From: Eledone cirrhosa
Lineage: Eukaryota
Length of the DNA stretch: 64,000 nt
NCBI GenBank assembly: GCA_964016885.1
Contig: OZ024740.1
Span: forward strand, 112,654,001-112,718,000
Direction: 5' to 3'
The notes beneath the pieces were generated by a model. It searched no databases. It had not been told where the DNA came from and saw nothing but the letters and a program-made list of their open reading frames with translations. Made by a program: the position numbers and the translations under genes. Below, piece by piece: positions 12,873 to 26,033 of the stretch (within the stretch, counting starts at the first letter, position 1; every line of letters begins with the position of its first letter).

Positions 12873-13305
12873 ATATATATATATATATATATAATATTAA
12901 TATGTGTAGAAGTAAACACAGTAAACCCATGTCTAAAGTTACGAGGGTAGATTACACCACAAATGTTATATATCATTCAACCTGAATCATATGGGATGTT
13001 AGAAGATTTCTTACAAGATTTCTCATACATACCATATCAATAACCATTTCATCTCCCGGTCAGACTAAAGATTTAATCTGTTTAGCCCTGAATGAATCGT
13101 GTTTGTAACAAGTAATCCGTAGGCATTTCGTCAGCGAAAGATAAGACTAACTGTTACATAACATCCATAACGATAAACTCACTAAAGTTTACACCTCGTG
13201 CGTTGAAAGTCATATGCGGTGCGAGTGGTTATGCTAGAAATAATAGCCTATTTACACTCATTTTTATAAGCTCAATAAGGAGCCGAAATATAAATATATA
13301 TATAT

Positions 13306-13388
<83 letters not shown>

Positions 13389-13499
13389 TAAAATAACAGA
13401 TTAAAGTTTAAGCAAAGAATCGCTGCTTTCACCCTTAACGGGATCTTCTGAAACTAACAAAGTCAATCTGTAAACGCAGAACTATATATATTTAATATA

Positions 13500-13705
13500 G
13501 AACTATATATATTTAATATAGAAATGGTTTCTACAGGACTAGAACTGTTTCATTCGGGAGAAATAATCAGGAAGCCCTGATGATTTCTCCTGAATGAAAC
13601 AGTTCTACTCCTGTAGAAGCCATTTCTATATTAAATATTTATATTCTGCTATGTATTGAGTACCTTGCTTACTGTGGTTACCTCCGATTGAACCCGGGAT
13701 AAACA
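13500..13705. mobile_element. (TA)n-inserted fold-back element (family E) with CTGATGA..GAAA
   Basis: Inverted arms around 13570; relatives at 13875-14005, 37850-38025 and 44080-44145; stem I not evident. Confidence 0.6.
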
Positions 13706-14047
13706 TATATATATATATATATAGTAAGAATATTTTCGAAACAGCGAGCGAGTTTGAAATTAGAAATATAAGCTATCGCGGTATTTTGACTAAAGAAATT
13801 ACTTTAGTAAAGTAATTTCTTTAGTCAAAATACGGCGATAGCTTATATTTCTAATATATATATATATATATATGAGTCCCGAGTTCAATCGAGTGTAACC
13901 ACAGTAAGTTACTCAATACATTAGTAGAGAGTAAACATCAAATTGAACATAGAAATGGCTTCTACAGGACCAAACTGTTTCATTCGAAAGAAATCACCAG
14001 GGTAGCTTTTCTGACTTCTGTCGATTTCTCATATACATGAATATGTA

Positions 14048-14222
<175 letters not shown>

Positions 14223-14439
14223 TTGGATGTGTGACTGGGGATGTATATTGAATAATATACGAAATGTTCATATAAATAAACATTTTTACTGCCTGGCTAT
14301 GAATTTTAGAAGTGGTGAAATTCACCGCACGTCTTTAGCATATATATATTACTTTAAGACTTGTCATGATTTGCTTCCTTCAAAACCCTCTTTGTGGTCT
14401 CGGGATACGAAAGCATTGTGCGTCCATCCCACGCCTCCC

Positions 14440-14915
14440 AGGACACGTTGCAGCCCCATCGCCAGTTTTTGCACCATGAAATGGAGACGGATGTAAAATC
14501 AGTCGGCTGGAGTTTGCAACCGACATGGTGGTACTTAACTCGACAGGTGATCTCATACTTGTACTTGATAGGTTTTACGCCGTATGCTGCATGGTTGGAA
14601 TGAAAATCAGTGCTACGAAAACTGAGACACTCGTCCTCTCACACGAATACAAGCGGGTAGAATGGTGTTCCTCGATAGAGTGCCTAGCTCGGATATCAGA
14701 GAGTCACTCCAGATAGAGCCGCTACTTCTCTGAATTGAAAGAAAACAGCTCCGATACTACAGGCATGTGGCTAGAATGACTCAGGAAAGAATCGCTGGAA
14801 CGATATTACGGGCTGGTCTCGCTTGGGGATCCAGCCTGATCAGTTGGAGACGGTTGCTTCTGACAGGACCCACTCAGGAATAACCCTCTCAGGAATAAGT
14901 GGGTGAAGAAGAAGT
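14440..14915 (+). mobile_element. Old internally deleted RTE (Expander/Rex3-like) fragment
   Basis: DRFYAVCCMVGMKISATKTETLVLS and IRESLQIEPLLL*IERKQLRYYRHVARM; GAA tail. Confidence 0.7.
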
Positions 14916-16866
14916 CTTTTATAACTGTATTAAGCGTTGTATTGTATTATTTTCTTAACGTTGACAATTCTGATATGTGTTCGCGTGAGAGATAGAGGAG
15001 TTATTAGGCATTTTTAGGAGCATACGGTCTGCGATTGTAATATTAAATGGAAATGCATTAGATCATTGGTAGCCAGCCTACAAACATGCTCAGCATTTAA
15101 AACAATTTCTTTTGGTTCCCTAGTTGCGGCAAAGGAGGCCATGTTCTTCTCATTTATAGCAATTGCATATAATACCTAAGGTGGCAAATTGATAGAATCC
15201 CGAGCACTTCCGACAGAATGCTTTGCATTATTCGTTCCCAATCTCTGGGTTTTGAATTCAAATAACACCGTGGTCAAATTTGGTCCTCATTTTTCGAGGT
15301 CGATAAATAAAGTACTAGTACAGTACTTGTGTCGATTATTTTCCTTCCGCCTCTCTCGCTTTGGAAGAAATCAATTGTCTTCAGACATGGAGAAGGATAG
15401 AGTATGACAGGTCTAAATGCGCAAGACACCCCGTGTATCACTAGGACGATCCTATAACTCAGTTAAAAGTTTAGGGCCTACGGATCACGGGTATGACATC
15501 TGGATTCCGTTGTAACTTATAGATATCGTCGTTTGGTTTTTATCTCCAGATTTTCAGTATCACTTGGGAGCTGTTTATATAAATGCTGAATGTTGTTGAT
15601 TTTATAATTTTGTCTGTAACTGACAATATTATGTGAAACAAAAGGGACCGTTGACCAGTGCCTTGTGACCCTGCACTTATTAATACAGACTTCTTGAATA
15701 CGGGTCTGTTGGGCGATATCTTTTGACGTTGGCCTTTCAGGAAGTCGTAGATGTATGTATGCTTGCGTATACGTACACACACACACGTATGTTTGTGTGA
15801 GTGTGTGTTTATGTGTGTGTATGCGTGTGTGTGTGTATGTACGTGTGTGTGTATGTGCGTGTGTGTCCGTCCTTCCATGAATGTGTATGTAAATGTATAT
15901 GTGACATTGCAGCCTGATCTTACTGCTGCGTTGGTTTCGATCAATTAAAAGGTTCAGTGCACAACACAGTTGCTGTCTAATGTAAACTAAGCGAGACAAC
16001 CATGGCAGACAGTAAACAGACCATAAGGTGGCATCACCTGAAAACATAACTGAATATATTGATTATAGGATAGGATCAAGTAAGCGGTGGGGGGTTAATG
16101 AAAGAGGGAAGAAAATGGAAAGGAGCATATCATCAGAACAGACCAAAGAAATTATGTTTTCATTGCTGATACTTTCTGTCGTTCGTAACTCCTGGCAAAA
16201 TATAGAGATAAACATATGCAAATATGTATGCGTGTATATATACATATGGAAATATATGCACACATACATATGTTGGAAGTTTACGGCGTAAGAAGCTTGA
16301 CCATTGCTTGTACGCACGTATCTGTGGATGGATGTGTTTATGTGTGTTTGTGTAATTATATATACAGACATATATGTTGTGTGTGTGTGTCTGCATATAT
16401 GAAGAAAGAGAGAGAGAAAGAGAGAGGGAGAGAGAGAGCGAGAGAGAGAGAGAGAGAGAGAGAGAAAGTGTGTGTGTGTGAGTAAAAGAGTGGGAGAGAG
16501 AGGGATTAGTGTTACACCCAGATCGAAAAATACTAAAAAAAGGATATATAAAGGTTAATCCAAAATGGAAGACGAACATACTACTTATCTATCTTTCTAT
16601 TAATGCGCACTCGTACGCATAACTGCATTTAATAACACACATTAGTTTGCAATTGAAGAATATATTTCCCACAAGAAAAAAGGCAAGAGAGGAAAGGAGC
16701 CGTTCTTCAGATCAAGTGAAGAAAATTGTGTTTTTATTAGTCTTAACTTTATTAATGATACTATGTGGCGGTGGCAACATCTGGTTAACGTATCGCTGTT
16801 ATCATATGACAGGAAGGGGGTAGGGGGTTTGAACTCAGAACTCACAAAGACGGAATAGATACTGCA

Positions 16867-16985
16867 ATGTACGGCCATATCACACCGAAAACATCGGGTC
16901 TCTTTCGATCACTGAAGTTAAGCAGCGTTGAGCGTAGTTAGAACTTAGATGGGTGACCACTTGGGAAACCTAGGTGCTGTAAGCA
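16867..16985 (+). pseudogene. 5S rRNA-like copy (probable pseudogene)
   Basis: 119 nt: tacggccata...cgatcactgaagttaagcagcg (box A)...gatgggtgacc (box C)...gtgctgtaagc, then TTTT at 16989-16992; solitary and diverged. Confidence 0.9.
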
Positions 16986-17324
16986 TCCTTTTAAATAGTG
17001 ATGCAGTAGCATGGCCTCAGCCAGTCGCCTGGAACGCGTAAAAGATTACTGTCCATGGACTAGTACTTTATCGACCTCGGAGGATGAAAGGATAAGTCAA
17101 TCTCAGCGGGATTTTAACCCATGGTTTAGAGAGCCGCAATGTATACCGAGGCATTTAATCCGACAATCTAACGTCTCTGTCAATTCAGTGTCACAAGAGA
17201 ACTCAAAGAATCATCAGTTATTTAGTTTAACAGCATAAGTCTTCAACATAAGAACTATAATGGCAGAATGAAAATATCAACACAATACAAAATATAGAGA
17301 ACGCCTTATTTACATAACCACACA

Positions 17325-19500
17325 CACAGCTTGGCTTCAGGATATCCTCCTGAATCCTTTCCCAATTAGCTTTGTGGAAATATAAGCTGGGTAGAGACCG
17401 AGTGCTTCCTGTCGGCTGCATATCTACAGTCTTCTTCGGACCATACATTAGTATGTTTGCTATGTTATGGTCCGAGAAAATCGTTGGTGTTACTTTCTCA
17501 TCGTGGATGAGATTCGTGTTATTTGTGAAGCGGAGATCAAGGATATTCTCTCCTCTTGTTGGATGTACCATTTGTTCCATGAAAAGTCTGTTTGTAATGG
17601 TCTGTTTGTTCAAGTGTCGTCATTCCAGAGAGATGGTATCCTTCGGGCCATTTGACCTTGGGGAGGTTAATATCCCAGCAGCCCGATGTTGCGATTCTGA
17701 TCCAAATTGATTAGCACTTCTTCCATCTTTCTGAGTCTATCTTCAAACTTGTCCTCATGGTGGTCGATATGGGACATAATACAATTTTGAGCCGTGTACC
17801 ATCGACAGTCGATCAACTTTCTTCAAATCGGACCGAGGAAACAATGTTTCCATTAATCTTTCTAATTGCTAATACTCTCTATCAGTCGCAAATTCAGGTA
17901 GAAGGAGCAACGTGAAATAAAGAGTCTTGTCCAAGGATACAACGCATCAGCCGGTCCGGGAATCGAACTCAAAACTTCACGATTGCAAATCCAATTCTCT
18001 AACCACTCAACCACGTGCCTTCATCTGTGTACCATTACTTGTACTATTAGCGTACCACAGACAGTGTTGGAATGTGACAACAGTACTAATGATGTGACAT
18101 CTTCACGGATGCACAAAGCAACTCCACCATGAGTTCTCTCTCTTCTATCAGTACGAAATGGAGCATACTTTGGTATGTGTATTTTCGCATCTGCCAATTC
18201 GCCTTGGTAGAATGGTTAAGACGTCGGATAGAATGCTTTACGGTATTCGTCCCACCGCATTGCGCGCCCTCAGTTCAAATCCCGCCGTGGTCAACTTTGC
18301 CTTTCATCCTTTGAGGTCGATAAAAATCCAGTCCAGTACTGGGATCGATTCTTCCTCTGTAGAAAAAATCGGCTGTGTTCAGACCTGGAGTGCCCTAGAC
18401 ACGCTGTATGACGGTGTCTCTACGACTCCACAAGGATTTATGTGATGTATATCTTTTATGTATGTATGTATGCTTTTGATAGGTCTCTTAGATAGGGGAT
18501 CTTAGTCACCTGGTTAAGTTTTACCTCGCCTCTGACAATTAGTAGTAGCACTGGTGTGACATTTGAGGTGTCAGTGGTAGCCGCTGATATGACATTTACG
18601 TGGGTATCAGTGGTGGCCACCCAGAGTACTTTATTTGTGGTGGTCGTGAATGTGGGAGTGACTGACTTTGGCTTTAAATCTGATAAAGTCAATCCAGCTA
18701 TCCCACAAACTTTTCTCCAATGTTTAAAAATACTGTTGTTCCGCCACTACATCCTGTACTGCTTCCGCATACTGTCTTCTCTTCATCGAGGCAGAACATA
18801 TTTCCTGGGCAGTGACCCTGTGTGCTGTGATGTTTACTCATGCTGGTTTTGGCTGGAGTATTTGGGATGAGCAGGCTGGGCGCTGTTCACATAGAGTTTG
18901 TGGTGTGCAAAATTGCAGCCTGTCCTAGTTTTCCCATGCTAGTAGGACCGTTTTGTGAAAAACGTACAGAGTACTTGAGCTTTCTTTTCCCCATGGTCTC
19001 TGTTTTTCCTAGTTCTAGTCTGTTTCGCCTTATCATTTATCTAAAAGTCATCTAATGTCTGTTTATTTACATTTTTCTTCTTATTAGGATCTGCCTCGTG
19101 GTTCTTAGTTTGTTGAATTTCAGTGTTTCATTTTCTTTTTCTTCGTTTTCACTGATATTGTCAACGTCTCAGGCCATCCCATTCTCAGCGGCTCTCAGAT
19201 CCTTCCGTGCTTCCGTGGGTATCTTTATGGCTCATAATTTTTCTTTTCATTTTTCTGTATCTTCTTCTTTCGTCTCCTCTGTGAAGATATGGCTCAGCAG
19301 ATCCGTGTGTGGCCTAATGAGTGTATAGGTGCGAATAAATTCGTTCTTTTTTCGCTTTATCTGCCCCAACGTTCTCGGAAAGCCACATCTTTGCAGGATC
19401 TCCTTAATTAGCTTGATTGATGGAGAACCACCGACCAAGCATTGTCTTCAATTCTTTCATTTTCCAGTTCGGTTGATTTTTTTTTTGTTTTCGTTCCCTT
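17325..19500 (-). mobile_element. Decayed CR1/L2-type LINE 5' half (ORF1 and APE endonuclease), interrupted by two SINEs
   Basis: QMVHPTRGENILDL..TN..SDH (17460-17580); RTHGGVALCIRED (~18100-18140); degenerate CCCH-like LCTFF..HGK..GCNFAH (~18900-18975). Extent of ORF1 uncertain. Confidence 0.65.
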
Positions 19501-19917
19501 GAGCATTGTTCTTATTGCCGTAGATTTCGTTCGGATTTTACAAGAAACAAACGATTGTTAGTTTTTAGTTCGTCACATCGGAGGAAATGGAAGACACGCA
19601 CACACATACACACACATACACACACGCACACACACGCACACACACACACACGCACACACACACACACGCACACACACACACACGCGCACGCACACACACA
19701 CGCACACACACACATATATATGTATATGTGTGTGTGTGTATGTATTCATGCCTATCTCATCTCGATGAATGAAATAAAAATATCTACCTAAAATATTTCA
19801 ATAAATAAAATAAATAAACACACACACACACACACACATGCACACACACGCGCACACACACACACACATACACACACACACACATATATATATATATATT
19901 ACATTATTACTATTACA

Positions 19918-20103
19918 TTGGATTGGCAGTATCGGTAGAGGGTCGGACGTCATGCTTTGACGCATAGAGTTACGGCCCTTTCTATTCTGAGTTCAAATCC
20001 CGCCGAGGTCAACTTTGCCTTTCATCCTTACGGGGTCGATAAAATAAAGAACCAGTAATGCACTGGTTAATTGCTGGCCTTGTGCCAAAAGTAGAAACAA
20101 TTA
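19918..20103 (+). mobile_element. SINE, family 2
   Basis: ggattggcagtatcggtagag..gagttcaaatccc (B box)..gcctttcatccttacggggtcgataaaataaag. Copies ~15180, 17055(-), 18200, 20465, 26772, 27130(-), 35186, 37335(-), 41122, 47663, 63256. Confidence 0.88.
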
Positions 20104-20368
20104 TTACTATTATTCTATAACGTGTTTCAGCCGATAATCTGAGACTATGCTGGGGCACCACCATATTCGCTACACATTCTACAGCCAGCTTTCCTTGGTT
20201 GACCATTGAAGCAAAGGGGGATTTGTTGCTGCTGCCTTTATTTGTGCTTCGCCTCGTGTTGTGGGTTTATCCAGGATCTTAGTCAGTAGAATGTCGAGAT
20301 GTCTCTGGAAAACATCTACATGCACACCATGGAGATCTCTCAGATTTTATGACAGCTTATATATGTAT

Positions 20369-20449
<81 letters not shown>

Positions 20450-21123
20450 TATAAGTTAATTCGTTAGATGGAATATTTTGCGGTATTAATTCCGTCTCTC
20501 TGTGATTTCAGTTCAAATCCCGCTGAGATCAACTTGGCAATTTATCCATTCGGGATCGATAATTAATCTGGGAGTAGTGTAATTTTAGTAGGGGGAATCT
20601 GTGGGGGAATTCATGGTAGCTAAATGGTTGGGAACCACTGAGCATATAGGGAATATATTTTCATTGCTTTCATAGATATTTAAATATGTTTAAGGCAGCA
20701 ATGAGAATGAACACACACACACACACACACGCACACATATATATATAATGTATACACAGTGGTATCATAAAGTTTTGAATATGTTTATGGGAGCACTGGG
20801 AGTATACTGAACATATATAGAGTATATTCTATTTGCTATTATAAATATTTTAATATTTTATAATATTTATGATAAATATTAAAAAAACAATTATCTCACA
20901 TTTGGTACAAGGTCACAAATGCACAGGGGAGATGTATAAACTAATTTAATCAATTGCTGTATAAAACAAGTGCATACTTTAATGATTTAAATGGAATGAA
21001 AGATAAAGATCTCCCAGGAGAGATACACTATGAAATCGAACTCAATATTATGTGGACTAAACAGAAAGACCTACTAGCATGGTGGATTAGCAGATACAAA
21101 TTCAAATCCCACACTGGCCGACA

Positions 21124-21459
21124 CAGAGTCGGCGTTACTATTAATTAAACTGAACAGGTAACTGCCTTTGACACATAAATCAGAGAGGCACATTATTGAA
21201 ATTTAAAGGATCAGAGTCTTATAAAAATTAGTATAATTAACTTAAATATGTAATAATTTCCTACGATCAATAGATACTGTGGTAGAAAATGCAGGCTTGG
21301 TAATGTTCTTAGCGTGTTCAGAACAAGAATAGATTTGATTGCTTGCCAAAGTATAAGTTGGAATTATATTATTTGGAAGAATGGTGGTACATTATTGGGA
21401 GAAGGAGGTGCATATTGTAGAGCTTGCCTATGGCGCTAAAGACCCAGGGATCGGCTCTG
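21124..21459. mobile_element. Probable hAT-type non-autonomous element
   Basis: Termini cagagtcg...cggctctg; a second diverged copy at ~30715-31148; no TSD seen. Confidence 0.5.
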
Positions 21460-21644
21460 TATTTTAATATTTCTTATTTTATTACGTTGGAGATGCACCC
21501 CACTTAACATTCTAGAAAAAGGCCCTGTGCTTCTTATGGAATTTTTGTGATAGAATTCAAACTGTTTTCTTTGGGGGTATTTTGGGAGGAAATCCTTGAC
21601 AGGCGGAAAAAAACAAAAACGAAAAAAAAATAATCAAAGAACCC

Positions 21645-21675
<31 letters not shown>

Positions 21676-21781
21676 AAACCAAAAAAACCAAAACAAAACA
21701 AAAAAAAACAATCAAAAACTATTTCGTCTGATTCGTTGCATATATACATTTTAGCATTATGATTGAAATTTGTTGAGGTTG

Positions 21782-22653
21782 AAAAAACCTCTTCATAGTA
21801 CTCTTTGTTGATAGTCTGGTCGTGGGGAACCCAGTGGATGTAGATGATGCCCTTACTGTCGAAGAATGGGATCATCATGATCTTCTTAGTGGATCTGATT
21901 TGCCTGGTCTCATTGGGTCTTGGGGAGTCAGAATGTTTCTCCTGCGCACTCTGTCTCTTGGTCTCTGGATCATAACAATAGATCCAGCTCTCGACACAGG
22001 TTACCAGAGACTCAAGGACACTTAGATTCAAAGCGATCCACTCGACCATCTACTTGCTGTCATCAACACACCCCTGTCTTTGATCTTCATTAAGCACCCT
22101 GGGAACAAACTTTGCGCATGTTCAGATCGTCGTGAATGTTTCTGTGTGCAGTGCCCTCAGCCACTTCAAATTGTTTAGCAATCGTCAGATGTGATGCACG
22201 AAGGTTTTCATTCATAAATTTGCGAATTTTGTCGATCAACTTTGGTGTCCCTACCACATTTCTCGTTGTCCCTCACTTGTTCCCTGCCCTCCTTGAATTT
22301 CTTGTACCAATGGAAAACAGTCGCCCGACTCATGAAAGTTAGTCTGTAAGTTTCGACCATCTCATAGGTTTCTGTAGCATATTTGCTGAGCTTGACACAA
22401 AACTTTATTGCATATCAAGCCTCAAAGTTGTCCTCACGTCCCGACAGCATTGTGGGACCAGTCAACTGTGACCAGACGTGTATGACGGGTAGTGTTTAAA
22501 GTTCTGTAGAGGCCCGAAAATTCAACCTGGAAAAAAGATTTGGCGTGTTAGCTTATTATAACCACATCAAGGATACATTAGAAGGACAGTTACATAGGTC
22601 AATTAGAAGTGCCTGAAAAGAATAAGTCTCACAACTCCCCGACTGTACTTTCT
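21782..22653 (-). mobile_element. Mariner transposon remnant (5' part of transposase)
   Basis: AIKFCVKL..ATET, CAKFVPRVL, LVTCVESWIYCYDPETKRQS (first D lost), FFDSKGII..WVP..TINKEYY. Confidence 0.9.
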
Positions 22654-22794
22654 ATATATATATATATAGAAAGTACAGTCGGGGAGTTGTGAGACTTATT
22701 CTTTTCAGGCATTTATATATATATATAAATACATAATCGGAGAAAGCTAATAGCGATACCCCGGCCAAATGTGTGTGTGTGTGTCAAATTGTTA

Positions 22795-22841
<47 letters not shown>

Positions 22842-22855
22842 TATATTAACAATTT

Positions 22856-23362
<507 letters not shown>

Positions 23363-23930
23363 ATATATATATATAGCCAATGAAAAGGATATATGTATAT
23401 ATATAGAGAGAGAATGAGCCATATATCGTACAAGAAATACGGTATATTGTATATATACCAAATACATATTCTATAGAAGAATATGTTCACAGATGGAATC
23501 ATAAGTGAAACCTATTAGCGTTATTTCGTAGTCTGGCTCAAAATCAATCTATGTAATCGATAATCGAAAAAATCTATCAATATAATCGATCATCGAAAAC
23601 AAACTATCGATTATGATTAAACCACATGGGACTCAAGTACTCATCGGAGGTTTAGTCTCATCATTCTAAGAAAAATATAGAATGAAGATGGTAAATAAAT
23701 TAATATACATGCCAACATACACAGCTAAGTCCAACGCGACCGTCATGCTGAGAAGCACAAGGTGAAATCACGTTAAACCCAAGGCAAATAAATATCAAGA
23801 AGGTGGACGATAATTCCACTAGAAATAGGAGCGGTGTTTATAGCCACCGAGCTCTGGATAAAGTCTATTGAGCTTGTTTATTGAGAAACACAATATTCTA
23901 AACATATTTGATATATTTTGATTCATTATT

Positions 23931-23986
<56 letters not shown>

Positions 23987-24161
23987 ATTAGTACATCTAC
24001 CAACATATGTGTACAGATGTACAACCCATGCTAGCAAATATATATGTTATGTCTTAGTACCTTTGTGGTTCTATGCAGGGGGATGCAGAACAATTATATG
24101 AAAGACGTAAAATAAGAACATTTTTAAAAATTAAAAATCAACTTACTTACTAAAATTTTCA

Positions 24162-24241
24162 CTCCAACTAATTAGTTTCTGTAAGGGGATAAATATAGTT
24201 ACCTAATATAACTATAGAGAATTCCTTACGTCATCAGGGAG
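24162..24241 (-). ncRNA. Type I hammerhead ribozyme motif
   Basis: Minus strand ctcc-CTGATGA-c-gtaagg..tatagtta..taactata..ccttac-a-GAAA-ctaattag-TT-ggag. Confidence 0.8.
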
Positions 24242-24693
24242 TCTATTCTCAGCTAAGTTCCCAGGCGATGCGCGGACACTAGGAACCCATATAAAAATAA
24301 TAATTCAGTGGATGGGATAAAGCTAGCGAGGACTAAATTCCAGAGCACTGAAAAAATTCACTGCCTCTGGTCAGTGGCAGATTCTAAAGAATCAATCACG
24401 TGACACTGAGGTTAATCAGTTAGGAGCGGGGTGGTATTATGACAAGAGCCTACTACTACCATGAATCAGCAGTAAATTTTGGCAAGTTTTGCTCAACAAA
24501 TAATTTGGAGATAAATATAGAGAATTAGTACATCTACCAACATATGTGTACAGATGTACACCCATGTTAGCAAATATATATGTTATGTCTTAGTACCTTT
24601 GTGGTTCTATGCAGGGGGATGCAGAACAATTATATGAAAGACGTAAAATAAGAAAATTTAAAAAAATTAAAAATCAACTTACTAAAATTTTCA

Positions 24694-24773
24694 CTCCAAC
24701 TAATTAGTTTCTGTAAGGGGATAAATATAGTTACATAATATAACTATAGAAAATTCCTTACGTCATCAGGGAG
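24694..24773 (-). ncRNA. Type I hammerhead ribozyme motif (tandem copy)
   Basis: Same as 24162-24241; differences fall in stem II loops. Confidence 0.8.
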
Positions 24774-24979
24774 TCTATTCTCAGCTAAGTTCCCAGGCGA
24801 TGCGCGGACACTAGGAACCCATATAAAAATAATAATTCAGTGGATGGGATAAAGCTAGCGAGGACTAAATTCCAGAGCACTGAAAATATTCACTGCCTCT
24901 GGTCAGTGGCAGATTCTAAAGAACCAATCACGTGACACTGAGGTTAATCAGTTAGGAGCGGGGTGGTATTATATATATA

Positions 24980-25378
24980 TATTAGTAAAAAGGAAAAGAA
25001 AATGCTGACAAATTTTTCCCAGTGAAAAATAGTTTAATTAGGAATAAGTATAAATTAGTAATAAGTATTGGTTAGTATTCAGTTTTAGTTTTAAGTTTTT
25101 ACCGGTTGCGCATTTCTAATGCTTTTCAAAAATAATTTTGAGATAGAGCGCTCGTGATGTTTGCTCTAATCATCTTAGAGCAATCAGATTAGAGCAAACA
25201 TCACGAGCGCTCTATCTCAAAATTATTTTTGAAAAACATTAGAAATGCGCAACCGGTAAAAACTTAAAACTAAAACTGAATACTAACCAATACTTATTAC
25301 TAATTTATACTTATTCCTAATTAAACTATTTTTCACTGGGAAAGATTTGTCAGCATTTTCTTTTCCTTTTTACTAATA
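24980..25378. repeat. Near-perfect palindrome (~190-bp arms) between (TA)n tracts
   Basis: Arms 24980-25171 and 25187-25378 with a short spacer. Confidence 0.95.
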
Positions 25379-25403
25379 TATCACAACTCGTGTGTCACAC
25401 CTC

Positions 25404-25437
<34 letters not shown>

Positions 25438-25440
<3 letters not shown>

Positions 25441-25643
25441 AACGAGTAGGACCCCAACGGCTGAGCTCAAGCCGTTTCGACGGCTAATTCTGGAGTAAAA
25501 AAAATTAGTCCAGAATTAACCGTCGAAACGGCTTGAGCTCAGCCGTCGGGGTCCTACTCGTTCCTATTACCCACTCTACTACCCTAAGTATTGAGTACTT
25601 TGGTGCGTTATGGTCCACCTGGTTCCTTACCACATTTCTTCCG

Positions 25644-25645
<2 letters not shown>
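25438..25645 (+). mobile_element. (TA)n-inserted fold-back element, family B
   Basis: gacccc..gccgtttcgacggctaatt/aattaaccgtcgaaacggc..ggggtc plus ~85-nt tail; copies 38995-39180, 44689-44888, 49620-49797(-), 56738-56972. Confidence 0.85.
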
Positions 25646-25686
<41 letters not shown>

Positions 25687-25859
25687 TCTTCATCTTCTTC
25701 TTTTTATTTACATACATCTCTTCACCTTCTTCTTCTCATCTTCGTTTCTCTTTCTATATAACTATCATAACAGTTTCACTACCAAATCAACTTTTTTAAA
25801 AGGAAGTTGCATTCTCAAAAGGTATGTCACTAATTATTTATAAAACAGCTTATGTATTG

Positions 25860-25925
25860 TATTTTGTCTGAGGAAGGCATAACATATTTTTAATATGATA
25901 TCCCAGAAATATATATAACGAAATA
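25860..25925 (+). ncRNA. Minimal type I hammerhead motif (family A)
   Basis: tattttgt-CTGAGGA..GAAA-tatata-TA-acgaaata. Confidence 0.68.
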
Positions 25926-25965
25926 AATATGGTTTTATAAATATAGTTTCCATTTGTTTAATATC

Positions 25966-26033
<68 letters not shown>

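Larger units (their letters stand above)
23982..24972 (-). mobile_element. Direct tandem (~532-bp unit) pLTR/retrozyme-like element with two hammerheads
   Basis: 23984-24440 repeats at 24521-24972 with few differences; (TA)n/(GA)n flanks. Confidence 0.85.

Noticed and set aside
13415-13455. Minus-strand CAGAAGA-tcccgttaagggt-GAAA (also ~45040-45072)
   Set aside because: Core U4 is absent in both copies and there is no clear cleavage triplet.
13571-13615. CTGATGA-tttctcctgaat-GAAAC as an active hammerhead
   Set aside because: Stem II is weak and no stem I partner follows a UH site; kept only as a repeat family.
21600-21720. Poly(C)/poly(A) runs extending the mariner ORF
   Set aside because: Low-complexity tract, possibly low-quality sequence; not transposase.
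25438-25560. Palindromic repeats as CRISPR-like array or terminators
   Set aside because: Dispersed eukaryotic fold-back elements with no regular repeat-spacer array or cas genes.
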